Assembly: GCA_002269645.1 (NCBI GenBank)
Contig: NIVC01004428.1
Coordinates: 1-46,320, forward strand
Length of the DNA stretch: 46,320 bases
Direction: 5' to 3'
Source: Macrostomum lignano
Lineage: Eukaryota
The position numbers and the translations under genes are program-made. Below the pieces are notes generated by a model. That model saw only the letters and a program-made list of their open reading frames with translations. It did not search any database and had not been told where the DNA came from. How positions within the stretch are numbered: position 1 is the first letter of the stretch; every line of letters starts with the position of its first letter. Shown here one piece after another: positions 1 to 11,811 of this stretch.

Positions 1-183
1 AACCAGTTCAATAAAGCTGAAGTTTCTGACTACAAATCAATTAGATCCGCCGAATGAAATGACCAAAACTTAAAGACTAAACGTCTTACTTGTTCTCTAC
101 GAGCAATATGTAAAATTTGAGTCAATATTCAGACGGGTATGCAGATCTGCATGATTTAAAAATGCACCGCACCCTATTCAACC

Positions 184-1556
184 ATGCACCAGGCCTGCTG
201 GGCCCTTGCCAACGTGGCCGGCGAGTCCCCAGCCTGGCGCGATCAGCTGATCCTTGCCGATGATGGCAGCGGCAGCGGCGGTGGCCTCCTGCCAGCCCTC
301 ATTAATCTGTGGGAATCCGACCCCGGCAACGGGCTGCTGGACGCCTCATCGTTGCTGTTGGTGAATCTATTTCGCGACCGGCGACCTCGACTTAAGTTTG
401 AGTACGCCCAGCTGCTGATGCCGCATGTCACGCGCCTACTGAGCCATCCGTACGATTCTGTGGTGCCCAACCTGCTGTGGGCGCTGTCCTACGCCGTGGA
501 GGGCAGCGAGCCTCGAGCCCGCCTTCTGCTGCGCGAGACCGACGCCGTCGATTGCGTACTCGGCTTTCTGGAAAGCAGCGACGACTCTCTTCTTATGCCG
601 ACGCTGCGGCTTCTGTGTTGCGCAGCCGCCTGCTTGCAGGTTGTGCCCGCCAAGCTGCTGACCGTGTTCCCGGCTGTCCGACGCCTGCTCGGCCACCGGG
701 ACGCCAAGCTGCGTCGCCAGGCTCTGCTGCTGCTTGGCTGCACTGCCTGCGGGCCGGACGCGCAGCTGGAGGCCGCTGCCCAGGCCGGCTGCTTGACTGC
801 TTTAAACGAAATCCTGGCTGGCCGGAGACCGCAGACCGATGACCCTGAAGATGCTGCCGAGGCTTCCGGCGGCGGCGGCAGCGGAGCTGGCATCAGTGAC
901 CTAGAGAGACGAGAAGCCTTCTGGATCATTCCGGACTTCATGCTGTCCAGAGCGCACAAGTTTGTAAGTTGATATTGATAATATTCAGTTGTGATAGTGC
1001 CTTTGTATCTTTGTATTTTTATCGGCTGTTGATCTGTCGCTTCTGAAAAAGGTGCCGTACGAACGCCGATCTTTTCAATCCATATAAAAATTCTCCTCAG
1101 AGCAAGCGGATCACGGAAGAATGTTTGGAGGGACTTCTGGCCTCTCTAAGCTTGCCTGAATTGGAAGCGACACGTTGTGCTCTTCTCTGCCTGCGCCATC
1201 TATTGTTCGCAGCAAAATATAAGAACCGGCCGGATCTTAACTTTGAACTTTTGAAAACTAGCATCGAAAAGTTGGATGGCCTAAAAAAGATTGAGGCAAT
1301 GCAGAAGATTGAAGATAAAGAAGTGATAAAGCTAAGCGATCAAATCCTTAATCAGTACTTTTGGGGCAACGAGAAAAAGTACCTAGAAGAGAGCAGCCAA
1401 TCACAAGAAACGAGTCCTTCTCCTGTTGCGGCTGCGGACATTGAAGTTGGCGATGACCTACTTGACGACGGAGACGACGGAGAAGTTGTTTGCGGTCCAG
1501 ACAAGGATGGAGCTCTAAGCTCCCTTATTGGTGGACTACAGGCCAACAGGGACTAA
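184..1556 (+). CDS. Divergent importin-alpha (karyopherin alpha)-like ARM-repeat protein, 5'-incomplete; exons ~184/193-963 and 1101-1556
   Basis: QACWALANVAGESPAWRDQL matches importin-alpha ARM3 (EQAVWALGNIAGD), and LLWALSY matches ARM5. IEKLDGLKKIEAMQKIEDKEVIKLSDQILNQYF matches the C-terminal IEECGGLDKIEALQ..E...VYK...LIEKYF, followed by an acidic tail. Intron gtaagt at 964 to ctcctcag at 1100 is phase 0 and joins the two ORFs in frame. An in-frame TAA at 157-159 leaves the 5' end uncertain. Confidence 0.8.
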
Positions 1557-3038
1557 TTAAGTGCCGCGTCTGAAGGTAGCATTAAAACTGGTAAAGCTGG
1601 CAAAGTTTAAATAAGGTCTATAAAACGGATGTAGTGCTCTAAAGCGTAACTTTCGTGTCTCATTAGTTTTTCAGTACACTACTCGTTTGAATACTTCGAG
1701 CCTCAGGAATGGGCCCAGATGCATGCATGTGCCTGTACATGTGCATGTATGCATGGTTGAATTGTCAGGTGTTTAAAAAACACAGTGAAAGTATTTTACA
1801 AAGTGTGATTATTACTTTCATTTTGCAGCGTACCAGTAAACCGGTCAATAAATTCATGATCCATCACCTAGACTGACGAAATATCTCTCCATAAAACTGT
1901 ATCAACGTACGCAAGAAACGTTAATGAATATACTAAACCACATCGTGTACCATTTCACGACGATGCTAATATATTGTTACTTGCTGAATCACATTAGCAA
2001 GCATATCCTTGCTAATAAATTTTTATTTTCGATTTTTGCCAAACCCCAAGCCTTGGCCACGCCTCTCGTCGCCAGTCAAAGTCATCAGTAAAAATGGTAA
2101 AGTAAATAAAATTATTTTCCGGTGTCAACGATATCTACGGACTCTGCTTTCCATGGCGCCAATTTAGTTTTTTACGCATGAAAAATTTGTAACGATCATA
2201 GGTAAATGCTTCCTTCCTGCTTGCTCAATAGAACTGAATAAAAATAAAATACAGGCTTTTATTGTTTGTTTCGCTTGAATTCCATACCTAGTCAACAATA
2301 TTTATGCTATGATAGATAGATATAGTCCAAAACGGCAAAAGCTTCAATTGTGTACAAATTTACATTCACTCAGTGTTCTTTTCACAACCCAAGAAATGAT
2401 ATACTTTCCTTGTAATTAATAACATTATAACTAAAATATAAACCTTCAGGCGATATTTTTTTCAACAATGAAAATGCTGCAGTGCTCTCTGTGATTTATT
2501 TAATGCTCCTTTAATATTTTATCACAGAGTAATATAATAATTAATACTGCAACTCAAGTCAAGTTGAAACACATTGCAGAAATTTAACTAACAAAGACAA
2601 TGGTTGAAATATATTACCATTTTTTAGTATGGGTTATTATTTATAAGATTTAAATAATTTCGTGACTTAATTGAAAATCAAATTATGATTTTTATTCTAA
2701 GCTAAGCCTAAGCCTATAGCTTACTATGTAGAAGCATAGAAAATAATTTACTATGAATTAAAAATTAGTATTTATGAATAGGAAGTTTATTTCCATTTCC
2801 AATATGAATGTATAAATGATCTAATTTCTGATATTTTGTATTGTTGCATGCTTTATAGAGCATGCATATTACATGCATAAGTACTTAACATATTATTGAT
2901 AATATTATAGATAATAATATCAATCAATTTCATTAGTCCTATGTATTCTTTTTTTGTAATAATTGTACCAACTCTATAGATCAATAAGGTGAAATTATAT
3001 TAGCTGCTAATCTTTTATATGAGACTATTTGAAGCAAT

Positions 3039-3220
3039 CAGTGGTGCAACCAGGGGGCTCCTTAGGCCACCCTTAGGGAGAGACAGAGACAGAAAAAATA
3101 AAACGAGGGACCAGGTAATTTTCGCCAAGGTACAGAGCTGCAACCCCTCCACCCCCTCATTGGGTCCTTACCCTCCAGTATCCGCCCTCCCCCCTCAACA
3201 AATTTCTGGTTGCGCTACTG
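3039..3220. mobile_element. hAT-type MITE (182 bp)
   Basis: Terminal inverted repeats cagtggtgcaaccag ... ctggttgcgctactg (13/15 match). Flanking 8-bp target-site duplication gaagcaat (3031-3038) / gaagcaag (3221-3228). An 8-bp TSD with CAG termini is typical of hAT elements. Confidence 0.75.
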
Positions 3221-3324
3221 GAAGCAAGCAATGTTTTCCAAAAAATTTTCTATGCATTTATTCTTTCAAAATCTAGCTAGAGATGAAGTATAAAAATTTC
3301 CTGAACCAATTTCAGCGTGTCAAA

Positions 3325-4618
3325 ATGAGTCCATTACTGCAGGCTGCTATCACATGCTTCATATTGTCCTCAGTCCTAAGCCCATGCTTAGCCATCAAGT
3401 GCTACCTGTGCAACTCCACAATCCAGTCTGACTGTCTTGAAGAGTTCAACTACAACAGCAGATCAATTGTACCCATGGATTGTGATGTTGCAGATGGCAA
3501 GTTCTGCATAAAGACAACAGGAGTTTGGGGTGGTAAGCGTTTCAGTGCAGTTGAACTTTGATTGTTTGCGCTACTGTTAGTAGGTAGTGTGGTGTGGTGG
3601 CTACTGTTAGTAGCTAGTGTGGTGTCTATTGTTAGTATCTAGTGTGGTGGCTATTGTTAGTAGCTAATGTGGTGTGGTGGCTACTGTTAGTAGCTAGTGT
3701 GGTGGCTACTGTTAGTAGGTAGTGTGGTGTCTACTGTTAGTATCTAGTGTGGTGGCTACTGTTAGTAGCTAATGTGGTGTGGTGGCTACTGTTAGTAGCT
3801 AATGTGGTGTGGTGGGTGGCTACTGTTAGTAGCTAGTGTGGTGGCTACTGTTAGTAGCTAGTGTGGTGGCTACTGTTAGTAGCTAGTGTGGTGGCTACTG
3901 TTAGTAGCTAGTGTGGTGGCTACTGTTAGTAGCTAGTGTGGTGTCTACTGTTAGTAGGTAGTGTGGTGGCTACTGTTAGTAGCTAGTGTGGTGGTTACAC
4001 TAGCTGGTGGTTACTGTTAGTAGCTAGTGTGGTGGCTACTGTTAGTAGCTAGTGTGGTGGCTACTGTTAGTAGCTAGTGTGGTGGCTACTGTTAGTAGCT
4101 AGTGTGGTGGCTACTGTTAGTAGCTAGTGTGGTGGCTACTGTTAGTAGCTAGTGTGGTGGCTACTGTTAGTAGCTAGTGTGGTGGTTACACTAGCTGGTG
4201 GTTACTGTTAGTAGCTAGTGTGGTGGCTACTGTTAGTAGCTAGTGTGGTGGCTACTGTTAGTAGCTAGTGTGGTGGCTACTGTTAGTAGCTAGTGTGGTG
4301 GCTACTGTTAGTAGCTAGTGTGGTGGTTACTGTTAGTAGCTAGTGTGGATCGAGAAGAATAGCATGGATATTTTGGGTCTCATTCCAGCCGTGGTGGGGA
4401 CCACCAGATTCTGCTCCAGCATGGACATGGGCAACCAATGCCAGTACCTGCCGTTCCCCGACCACGACCGCATCTACCGGGCCTGCGTGTACACCTGCAG
4501 CTCCGACGCCTGCAATGCCGGGTCTCCGTCTGGTGGCGGCGGTGGCTTCACGACGCTGCAGCTGCTGACGTCCTTGACGCTGTGGCTGCTCGCTGGCAGC
4601 CGCCTGCGACTTCTCTGA
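3325..4618 (+). CDS. Ly6/uPAR three-finger, quiver/sleepless-family GPI-anchored protein; exons 3325-3532 and 4389-4618
   Basis: Signal peptide MSPLLQAAITCFILSSVLSPCLA, then IKCYLCNS...C...C...CIKTTGVWG|AVVGTTRFCSSMDMGNQC...YRACVYTCSSDACN, which is the Ly6 cysteine pattern ending in CN. A Gly/Ser linker and hydrophobic C-terminal GPI signal follow. Phase-1 intron from gtaagc at 3533 to attccag at 4388. Confidence 0.9.
3571..4348. repeat. 25-bp minisatellite (gctagtgtggtggctactgttagta)n, ~31 copies, filling the Ly6 intron
   Basis: Direct tandem periodicity read from the sequence. Confidence 0.95.
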
Positions 4619-5260
4619 CTGCACCCAGTGTCTTTAATACGAATAATTGTGCTATAGAGTGCGAGATTGTTTTATCGCACATTTCTCCCGTACTTTTGTT
4701 TTCTTTACGTCCAACATTCCTGTGCCACCGCATCTGCAGTAAATTTTGTACATTTCATAAACTACTCGTATAGTGGCCAATTGCAATCCTGATAAACTTT
4801 TTTGTTTTAATTGTGTCAATCACTTTTAATATGACATACCTGTGTTTTGATTTAGTATTGGAATATATTAATGTTATTGTATCAACTAATTCGGCGTCAA
4901 TAGTGAATGTTTTTTAATCAGACATTTTTCGCATTCAGTGTGCTTTTATTTATAAAGCTTTATAGTTTGAAGCATGATAGAAGAGTAAGTGAAACTGGAC
5001 TCATAGCATAAAATAACGCCAATACTATGAAAATGTCATTAATTTTCAATTATCCTCCCTCAGGATATGAGGAATCGAAGGTAACAATAGCGAAGGTCTG
5101 GATGTTTTTAAAAAGAAAAACGAATAGCGGGCAGAGCTACTCAGCCGCGGTAGACGTGTCTGTCTGACTCTCGCGCCCTGACCCGCGGTTGGATTCTGTG
5201 CGTCGCAATAATTTTTGCAGGAAAATTGGCCGGAGGTTTGTTGTGCAATTCACGCATATA

Positions 5261-5829
5261 AGGGCCAAACCCCTGAGAGCCAACACTTCAGGCCAACCTC
5301 TGAGGGCCAAACACCTGAGGGCCAACCCCTGAGAGCCAACACTTCAGGCCAACATCTGAGGGCCAAACACCTGAGGGCCAATCCCTGAGAGCCAACACCT
5401 GAGGGCCAACCCCTGAGGGCCAACCCCTGAGGGCCAACCCCTGAGGGCCAACCCCCGAGGGCCAACCCCTGAGGGCCAACCCCTAAAGGGCCAACCCCTG
5501 AGGGCTAACACCTAAGGGCCAACACCTGAAGGCCAAACCCCTGAAGGCCAACACCTGAGGGCCAACCCCTGAGGGCCAACCCCTGAGGGCCAATCCCTAA
5601 AGGGCCAACCCCTGAGGGCTAACACCTGAGGGCCAACACCTGAAGGCCAAACCCCTGAGGGCCAACACCTGAGGGCCAACCCCTGAGGGCCAACCCCTAA
5701 GGGCTAACACCTGAGGGCCAACACCTGAAGGCCAAACCCCTGAGGGCCAACACCTGAGGGCCAACCCCTGAGGCCAAACCCCTGAGGGCCAACCCCTGAG
5801 GGCCAACCCCTGAGGGCCAACCCCTGAGA
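5261..5829. repeat. 14-15-bp minisatellite (gagggccaacccct)n
   Basis: Direct tandem periodicity with variants such as gaaggccaaacccct and gagggccaacacct. Confidence 0.95.
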
Positions 5830-7299
5830 GCATTGCAGTTTCAAACAACTCAGTGCATATGCTACGAGCCTCGTATAGCCAGGTGTCACATTACGAGCTC
5901 GTACGTCAAATTCTAATAATCATAGTCTATCAAAATTAATTGGTGTACTAAAATAAAAGAACGATTGCCCAGCCGGAGTGCCGTTCTGGTGCAATTTAGT
6001 CTAATTGCGGAGTCGCGCATTATTGGCAGTGTCACTCTTTCATTAGAGGAAGCTTTTTCTCATCAGTTTCCCTCTCCATTTCATTGTTTCCTCTGCAGAA
6101 ACGACTCACTGTGACAGCGGTTGCAGCTTTCACGAGAAAGTTGGCCCGCTAAATTTGCCTAAAACTAATGTGGCGACTTTTATCAGGTGTCTGTTTGCCC
6201 AGTTTGCACTATAAGCGATCTGCTGCTGCTAGGATCCGCTAATCACCTGTTGCTGTGGAACCGTTAAAAGTAGGATAATTGGATGCTTTGTTTAGTAAAG
6301 AAAATTAAATACTTATTTTAGATACATTAGTGAGGTAGAGAAAATTCCTTCTGTAACGAAAATCACGTGACTGCATTTCTTCCTCACACAGATATTGCCT
6401 GCTGTACTTGGTGCTTTGGTGCATATGTAATTTCCGTCTGTTTTCTCTCTTCTTTTTTGTATTTACGACATTTACGACATAGGATTCGAGTGCTAGTTTG
6501 GAAATCGGAAAATAATTGTAAACATGTACTTTAAGTAAGCTAGTTCCTGGGTCAAAGACATGCAAAGAATAGAAAAAAGCATTATGCATACAAATATTCA
6601 TATTGCTTTGTTCAGTCTAGCAGATTAATATTAAATCAAACACTGTAAGAAGAATATAACATGATTAAAGAATTTATAGTCGGAAAAAGAAATGTTGCGA
6701 TATATTTTACACCTCAACTTCAACAGTGCAGAAATTCTCAGGGTGTTGGAATTGAGCAGAGAATGTCTATGGTCAAGTCTGTTTTCGATTCGCTGATGAG
6801 TAGAGAGTTGAGTCATAGACTGGATTTCACAACAAGAAGGTGAGAGAGTAATAAATGTTTACTTTAATCTGGGGAGGGACAATACAGAGTTTCTGATCTG
6901 CCCACTACGTCTTGAGAATGTTTAGCTTAAGTGACATTCAACAGAAGAGCTGCAGGAGTGGCTTACTTCAACATCAATGTTTGTTTACAAAAATACCTGT
7001 ACACTGGGCAAACGGTTAATTGGTATTCGGGCACGCATTTAGTCCAACTTGCACTTTTACTTCCGCTGTCGCCTCCTCGGCCACTCTGCGTGTCACCAGA
7101 ATTCGCCATGCAGAGCCTTCTCAATCTCCATAACAGGCAATATGAGTAATGAATATGGGCACTCTTAATTGAATTTTGCTGATATATTCGAAAGAAGCAG
7201 AAAAAAATGGTGGATAGAAATATAGCATGGGGTCCATTGAAACTTTCCGCAGAGATTTGTCTGCATGGGTATTTGCTAGCAATGCTTGTAATAGAATAA

Positions 7300-7612
7300 T
7301 AACAATATTAACAATAATTTACACCTGCCCCAATTGGGACGGATGTGCAACCGACAGCTCAGCCGCAGCTATTTGCGCAGCGCATCTGAAGGCTGCGTAC
7401 GGCTGTTCAGTCCAAGGACTGGGGGGTCGCCACACACAGCCTCAATTACCCCAGCTAATGCTGGCACCCATTTTACAGCTGGGTGAACTGAAGCAATGCA
7501 GAGTTAAGTGTGTTGTTGCTCAAGGACACAAATTGTTCCAGTGGGATCGGGAATCGAAACCCTGACCTTCAAGTTGCGAGTTCGATACTCCAACCACTAG
7601 GCTACAACCCCT
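7300..7612 (-). mobile_element. tRNA-derived CORE-SINE, copy 1
   Basis: The minus strand has a tRNA-like head (A-box tagtggttggag, B-box-like gtttcgattcc). It is followed by tgtgtccttgagcaacaacacacttaactctgcattgcttcagttcacccagctgtaaaatggg, which resembles the MIR CORE domain, and a (TTA/TTG)-rich tail. A near-identical copy lies at ~11175-11467. Confidence 0.8.
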
Positions 7613-7852
7613 CATATATAATACGAGCTACAATCTTATAAGAATCTTAATGAGTTAACTGACCCTAACTGACCCTGAGGGAAGTAAAACTTGCCATGCA
7701 TTTGCTAACCAACGGATCGTTACAAATAGGGAAGTCAATTCATTAAGATTTTCTAGCATTGTGTGAAAATTCCCTGAGCGCAAATCTCGGCGAATACTCG
7801 AGGTCTGTAAATTTGCACAATGTCAGCAGGGAGGCGCAGTTCCGTTCAGATG

Positions 7853-10800
7853 CTACTTGCTGTCTAAAGCCTCTTCTGCATCAAACAGGCAGAGCAGGTC
7901 GGTCACGAATCCCGGACTGCGGTGCTTCTCCACCAGCCAGGCCGCGTCCGTTGGACCAACGCCTGTCAGGCTGACCCGCCTGGCCTCCGGATAGGAACAG
8001 TTGCCATGCGGAACCTGCATTGGAATTCGGACAGAGAATTACGATGTTAACACTGCTGCACACACCCTGTGCGAGCGGTCAGCGAATGGACTGTGAACAC
8101 GCGCGAAAAAGTTAGCTAGAAAAGTTAGAATCGAGATAAGAAAACCAAGGACCACAAAAATGAGCAGCAAAAGTACTCTGTACGATTGCAAATAGTGCGC
8201 GGAAAAAATGATGCAAAATCGAGCCCTAAATTGGTCCTTAATTTCGCGGTTGATGCATTTATTAATCACAAATTTTCTCGCGGCAAAGTTGCAGCTAAAT
8301 CTCAGGTGTTTTCCCGTCTCGTTTTAATGCAGTTTTAGTAAAACGGAATTTTCTAGAAGAGAGTTTCTCTTAACCGAATTTGTGTCGATGATGAAGCCCT
8401 ATTTATTGTCGTACAAAAAACTACATGTAGAATCTTTGCTATCAGAAAACAAAAAACAAGCTTTGCGTGTTAAAGGATCTTTAAAAACTGATTTTCAAAC
8501 TTTATTTAGATATGAACTTGGGATGAATGTCCTTGAAATTGGAACGGTAGCACTTAAACTTGGATTTTTTGCGTCATTAAAAATGAACGTACTGCCGTGA
8601 TAAGCTTATCAAAAAGTGCGCTTGATACGAGGGTGTTGGTTAGGAAGTTCGTGAAGTTAAACTAAAAATATAGTTCCGAATAAAACTGGAAAAAGCAGAG
8701 TCACCGTTACGTAGAGAGTTGTAAATAGTTTTCTTGTACCTAAAAGAAGAATTGGCTCATTCACGCAACTGTACTTTTCCGGCTTCTATAACTCGTGAAT
8801 ATTGGACAAAGTCACGAGTTTTTCCTTATTTTGCTTCAATCCCTCAAAAACTTCTTTTGAGGTCATTTAGAGCGCTGTTTACATTTCTATCATGTGGGGC
8901 CAACCATATTTGAGTGCCATATTGCTACACTGCTTAATCTTCATCTTTTTGTATCGTCGGTTTCGCTGTTCCTGTACTGTGGTGTCATCTTCATGTCATT
9001 TCGTATAGGTCATGCATAGGTATGACCTCTCAGTGTCATTCCTGTCATTTGGTTGTTATGGTTGTAGTGTCATTCCTGTCATTTGGTTGCTATGGTTGTA
9101 GTGTCATTCCCGTCATTTGGTTGTTATGGTTGTAGTGTCATTCCCGTCATTTGGTTGTTATGGTTGTAGTGTCATTCCCGTCATTTGGTTGTTATGGTTG
9201 TAGTGTCATTCCTGTCATTTGGTTGTTATGGTTGTAGTGTCATTCCCGTCATTTGGTTGTTATGGTTGTAGTGTCATTCCCGTCATTTGGTTGTTATGGT
9301 TGTAGTGTCATTCCCGTCATTTGGTTGTTATGGTTGTAGTGTCATTCCCGTCATTTGGTTGTTATGGTTGTAGTGTCATTCCCGTCATTTGGTTGTTATG
9401 GTTGTAGTGTCATTCCCATCATTTGGTTGTTATGGTTGTAGTGTCATTCCTGTCATTTGGTTGTTATGGTTGTAGTGTCATTCCCGTCATTTGGTTGTTA
9501 TGGTTGTAGTGTCATTCCCGTCATTTGGTTGCTATGGTTGTAGTGTCATTCCCGTCATTTGGTTGTTATGGTTGTAGTGTCATTCCCGTCATTTGGTTGT
9601 TATGGTTGTAGTGTCATTCCCGTCATTTGGTTGTTATGGTTGTAGTGTCATTCCGTCATTTGGTTGTTATGGTTGTAGTGTCATTCCTGTCATTTGGTTG
9701 TTATGGTTGTAGTGTCATTCCCGTCATTTGGTTGTTATGGTTGTAGTGTCATTCCCGTCATTTGGTTGTTATGGTTGTAGTGTCATTCCTGTCATTTGGT
9801 TGCTATGGTTGTAGTGTCATTCCCGTCATTTGGTTGTTATGGTTGTAGTGTCATTCCCGTCATTTGGTTGTTATGGTTGTAGTGTCATTCCCATCATTTG
9901 GTTGTCATGGTTGTAGTGTCATTCCTGTCATTTGGTTGTCATGTTGTGTCACAATCTGAGTAATCCCCAGCAGTGTGCACAGTCTGAGTAATCCCCAGCA
10001 GTGTGCACAGTCTGAGTAATCCCCAGCAGTGTGCACAGTCTGAGTAATCCCCAGCAGTGTGCACAGTCTGAGTAATCCCCAGCAGTGTGCACAGTCTGAC
10101 CTTGACCGCGTGGGCGAACTGAAACCTCCGCCACTGGTGCCGCCTCTTCGATCGCTGCTGGCCCCCGGCGGCCGAGGCCCGAAGCAGCCGCCGGATCATG
10201 AAACCGCATAGCAACGGCAGGTTGGACTTCCGGTCGGCCAGCTGACCGCAATACTCGGGCCCGGCGTACCGGCTCGGCAGGCCCAGGTGAGAGCTCATCG
10301 CCTGCTCGTTTAGCGCTCCAGGCGTGGACTCGTAGAACGGCAGGCGATGCTGGCCCACTCTACCGGGGCGGGGGTCAGCGTGATGCCGTTTCCATGGAGA
10401 CTGGTTTCGGTTTGACCAGTTAATAGTACATGCCGGTATTTCTCTAGTGGCAGGCCTTATGCTTTCTGATGTTCCCGACTCATGCGTTTATGGCTGGAGA
10501 CTCTTATCCTCTACTTCTCCTGACTCCCTGACTCTCTGACTCTCCCCCTGATTCCCTGACTCTCCCCCTGACTCCTTGACTCCCTGACTCTCCCCTGACT
10601 ACCTGACTCCCTGACTCCCCTGACTCCCTGACTCTCTCACTGACTCCCTGACTCCCTGACTCCCTGACTCTTCGCTGACTCCCTGACTCCCTTGACTCCC
10701 TGACTCTCCCCTGACTCCCTGACTCCCCTGACTCCTTGACTCTCCCACTGACTCCCTGACTCTCCGCTGACTCCCTGAATCTCCCCTGACTCCCTGACTC

Positions 10801-11811
10801 TCCCACTGACTCCCTGACTCACCGCTGACTCCCTGAATCTCCCCTGACTCCATGACTCCCTGACTCTTTGACTCTCTGACTGTTACTCTGATTCTGACTC
10901 TCTCCAGATCCCTGACTTTTCTGATGCTAGCTACATGTGAATGAGTCTCAGGCCTCGGTTTCAAGCCAGATTTGGCAATAATCAGTCACTCACCGGATGT
11001 TGTTGCATCTCCAGGTGGGCTGGGCGAAGAACTCGCTGCGATCTGCCGGACTCATCTCGTCGCACAGTACCGTCATGTTGAGCACGCGAACTGACTGGGG
11101 AAAGCTGGCCGCTTCATGAAGTGTGAGACAGTGGCCAGTTGGAGGCGTCAGGCATGAATCAGTTTACTTATGAAACAATAATAATACTCGTAATTGGGCA
11201 GATGTGCAACCGACAGCTCAGCCGCAGCTATTGCGGGGCGCATCTGAAAGCTGCGCACGGCTGTTCAGTCCAAGGACTGGGGGGTCGCGCACCCTCAGTT
11301 TATACCCCAGCTAATGCTGGCACCCATTTTACAGCTGGGTGAACTGAAGCAATGCAGAGTTAAGTGTCTTGCTCAAGGACACAAATTGTTCCGAGTGGGA
11401 TCGGGAATCGAACCCCTGACCTTCAAGTTGCGAGTCCGACGCTCTAACCACGAGGCTTCAAAACCCCTTATTCGAACACTATTCGAACTTGATACCATTT
11501 TGAATTACCTGCACCCTATGAACAACTGATGCCTGTAGACTGAGCGTCTGCTGAACATCCAGTGCAGTATAGAACTCGTAACTTTGCATATATGTCTACT
11601 CAAGAAGCTTACGCTATCAGAATCAAATAAAAAAAGCAACAAACTCACGTTGGTACCGAACGGATTCGGCCGCAGCCACCTGTCCAAGCGGCCGTGGCGG
11701 GCTCAGCAGGGAGTCCAGGCCGGTGCGAACGAGCTTGCGCTCACCTGAGGCGCCAGAGGCCAAGCAGCAGATGATGCAAACATTCAGGCTCAGCAGTGCT
11801 GTCTGTTGCAT
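7853..11811 (-). CDS. Uncharacterised predicted secreted protein, 209 aa; exons 11811-11745, 11679-11649, 11104-10994, 10359-10101, 8014-7853
   Basis: All four introns are GT-AG (donors gtgagc, gtgagt, gtgagt, gtcaga) with matching phases 1, 2, 2, 0. The 630-nt CDS is open from ATG to TAG. The N-terminus MQQTALLSLNVCIICCLASGASG looks like a signal peptide. The exons are GC-rich islands. No family was recognised. Confidence 0.7.
9033..9942. repeat. 34-bp minisatellite (gtcatttggttgttatggttgtagtgtcattccc)n, ~27 copies
   Basis: Period of 34 confirmed, e.g. 9181 to 9215. Lies in the last intron of the minus-strand gene. Confidence 0.95.
9952..10098. repeat. 28-bp tandem repeat (cagtctgagtaatccccagcagtgtgca) x~5
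   Basis: Period of 28 (9961 to 9989). Begins at the predicted splice donor at 10100. Confidence 0.95.
10518..10915. repeat. Degenerate 8-10-bp repeat (ctgactcc[c])n
   Basis: Irregular tandem units containing TGACTC, intronic between the exons at 10994 and 10359. Confidence 0.9.
11175..11467 (-). mobile_element. tRNA-derived CORE-SINE, copy 2
   Basis: Minus strand reads agcctcgtggttagagcgtcggactcgcaacttgaaggtcaggggttcgattccc (A-box and canonical B-box GGTTCGATTCC), then the CORE-like segment at ~11321-11383. Aligns by eye to 7332-7612 over ~280 bp. Confidence 0.85.

Noticed and set aside
5261-5829. Minus-strand unit CAGGGGTTGGC resembling the hAT terminus at 20266
   Set aside because: The match is only ~10 bp with no further hAT sequence, so it is likely chance.
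6661-7020. Possible two-exon gene (ORF 6661-6838, donor gtgaga, acceptor ~6925)
   Set aside because: The phases can be joined, but the product is short, AT-rich and has no recognisable motif, so support is insufficient.
9033-9942. CRISPR-like regular 34-bp array (also the 28-, 35- and 52-bp arrays)
   Set aside because: The units are contiguous with no unique spacers, there are no cas genes, and the context is eukaryotic and intronic.
11400-11460. Possible tRNA genes (also 7545-7606 and 16470-16537)
   Set aside because: They have A/B boxes but no convincing cloverleaf or acceptor stem, and they continue into SINE bodies.
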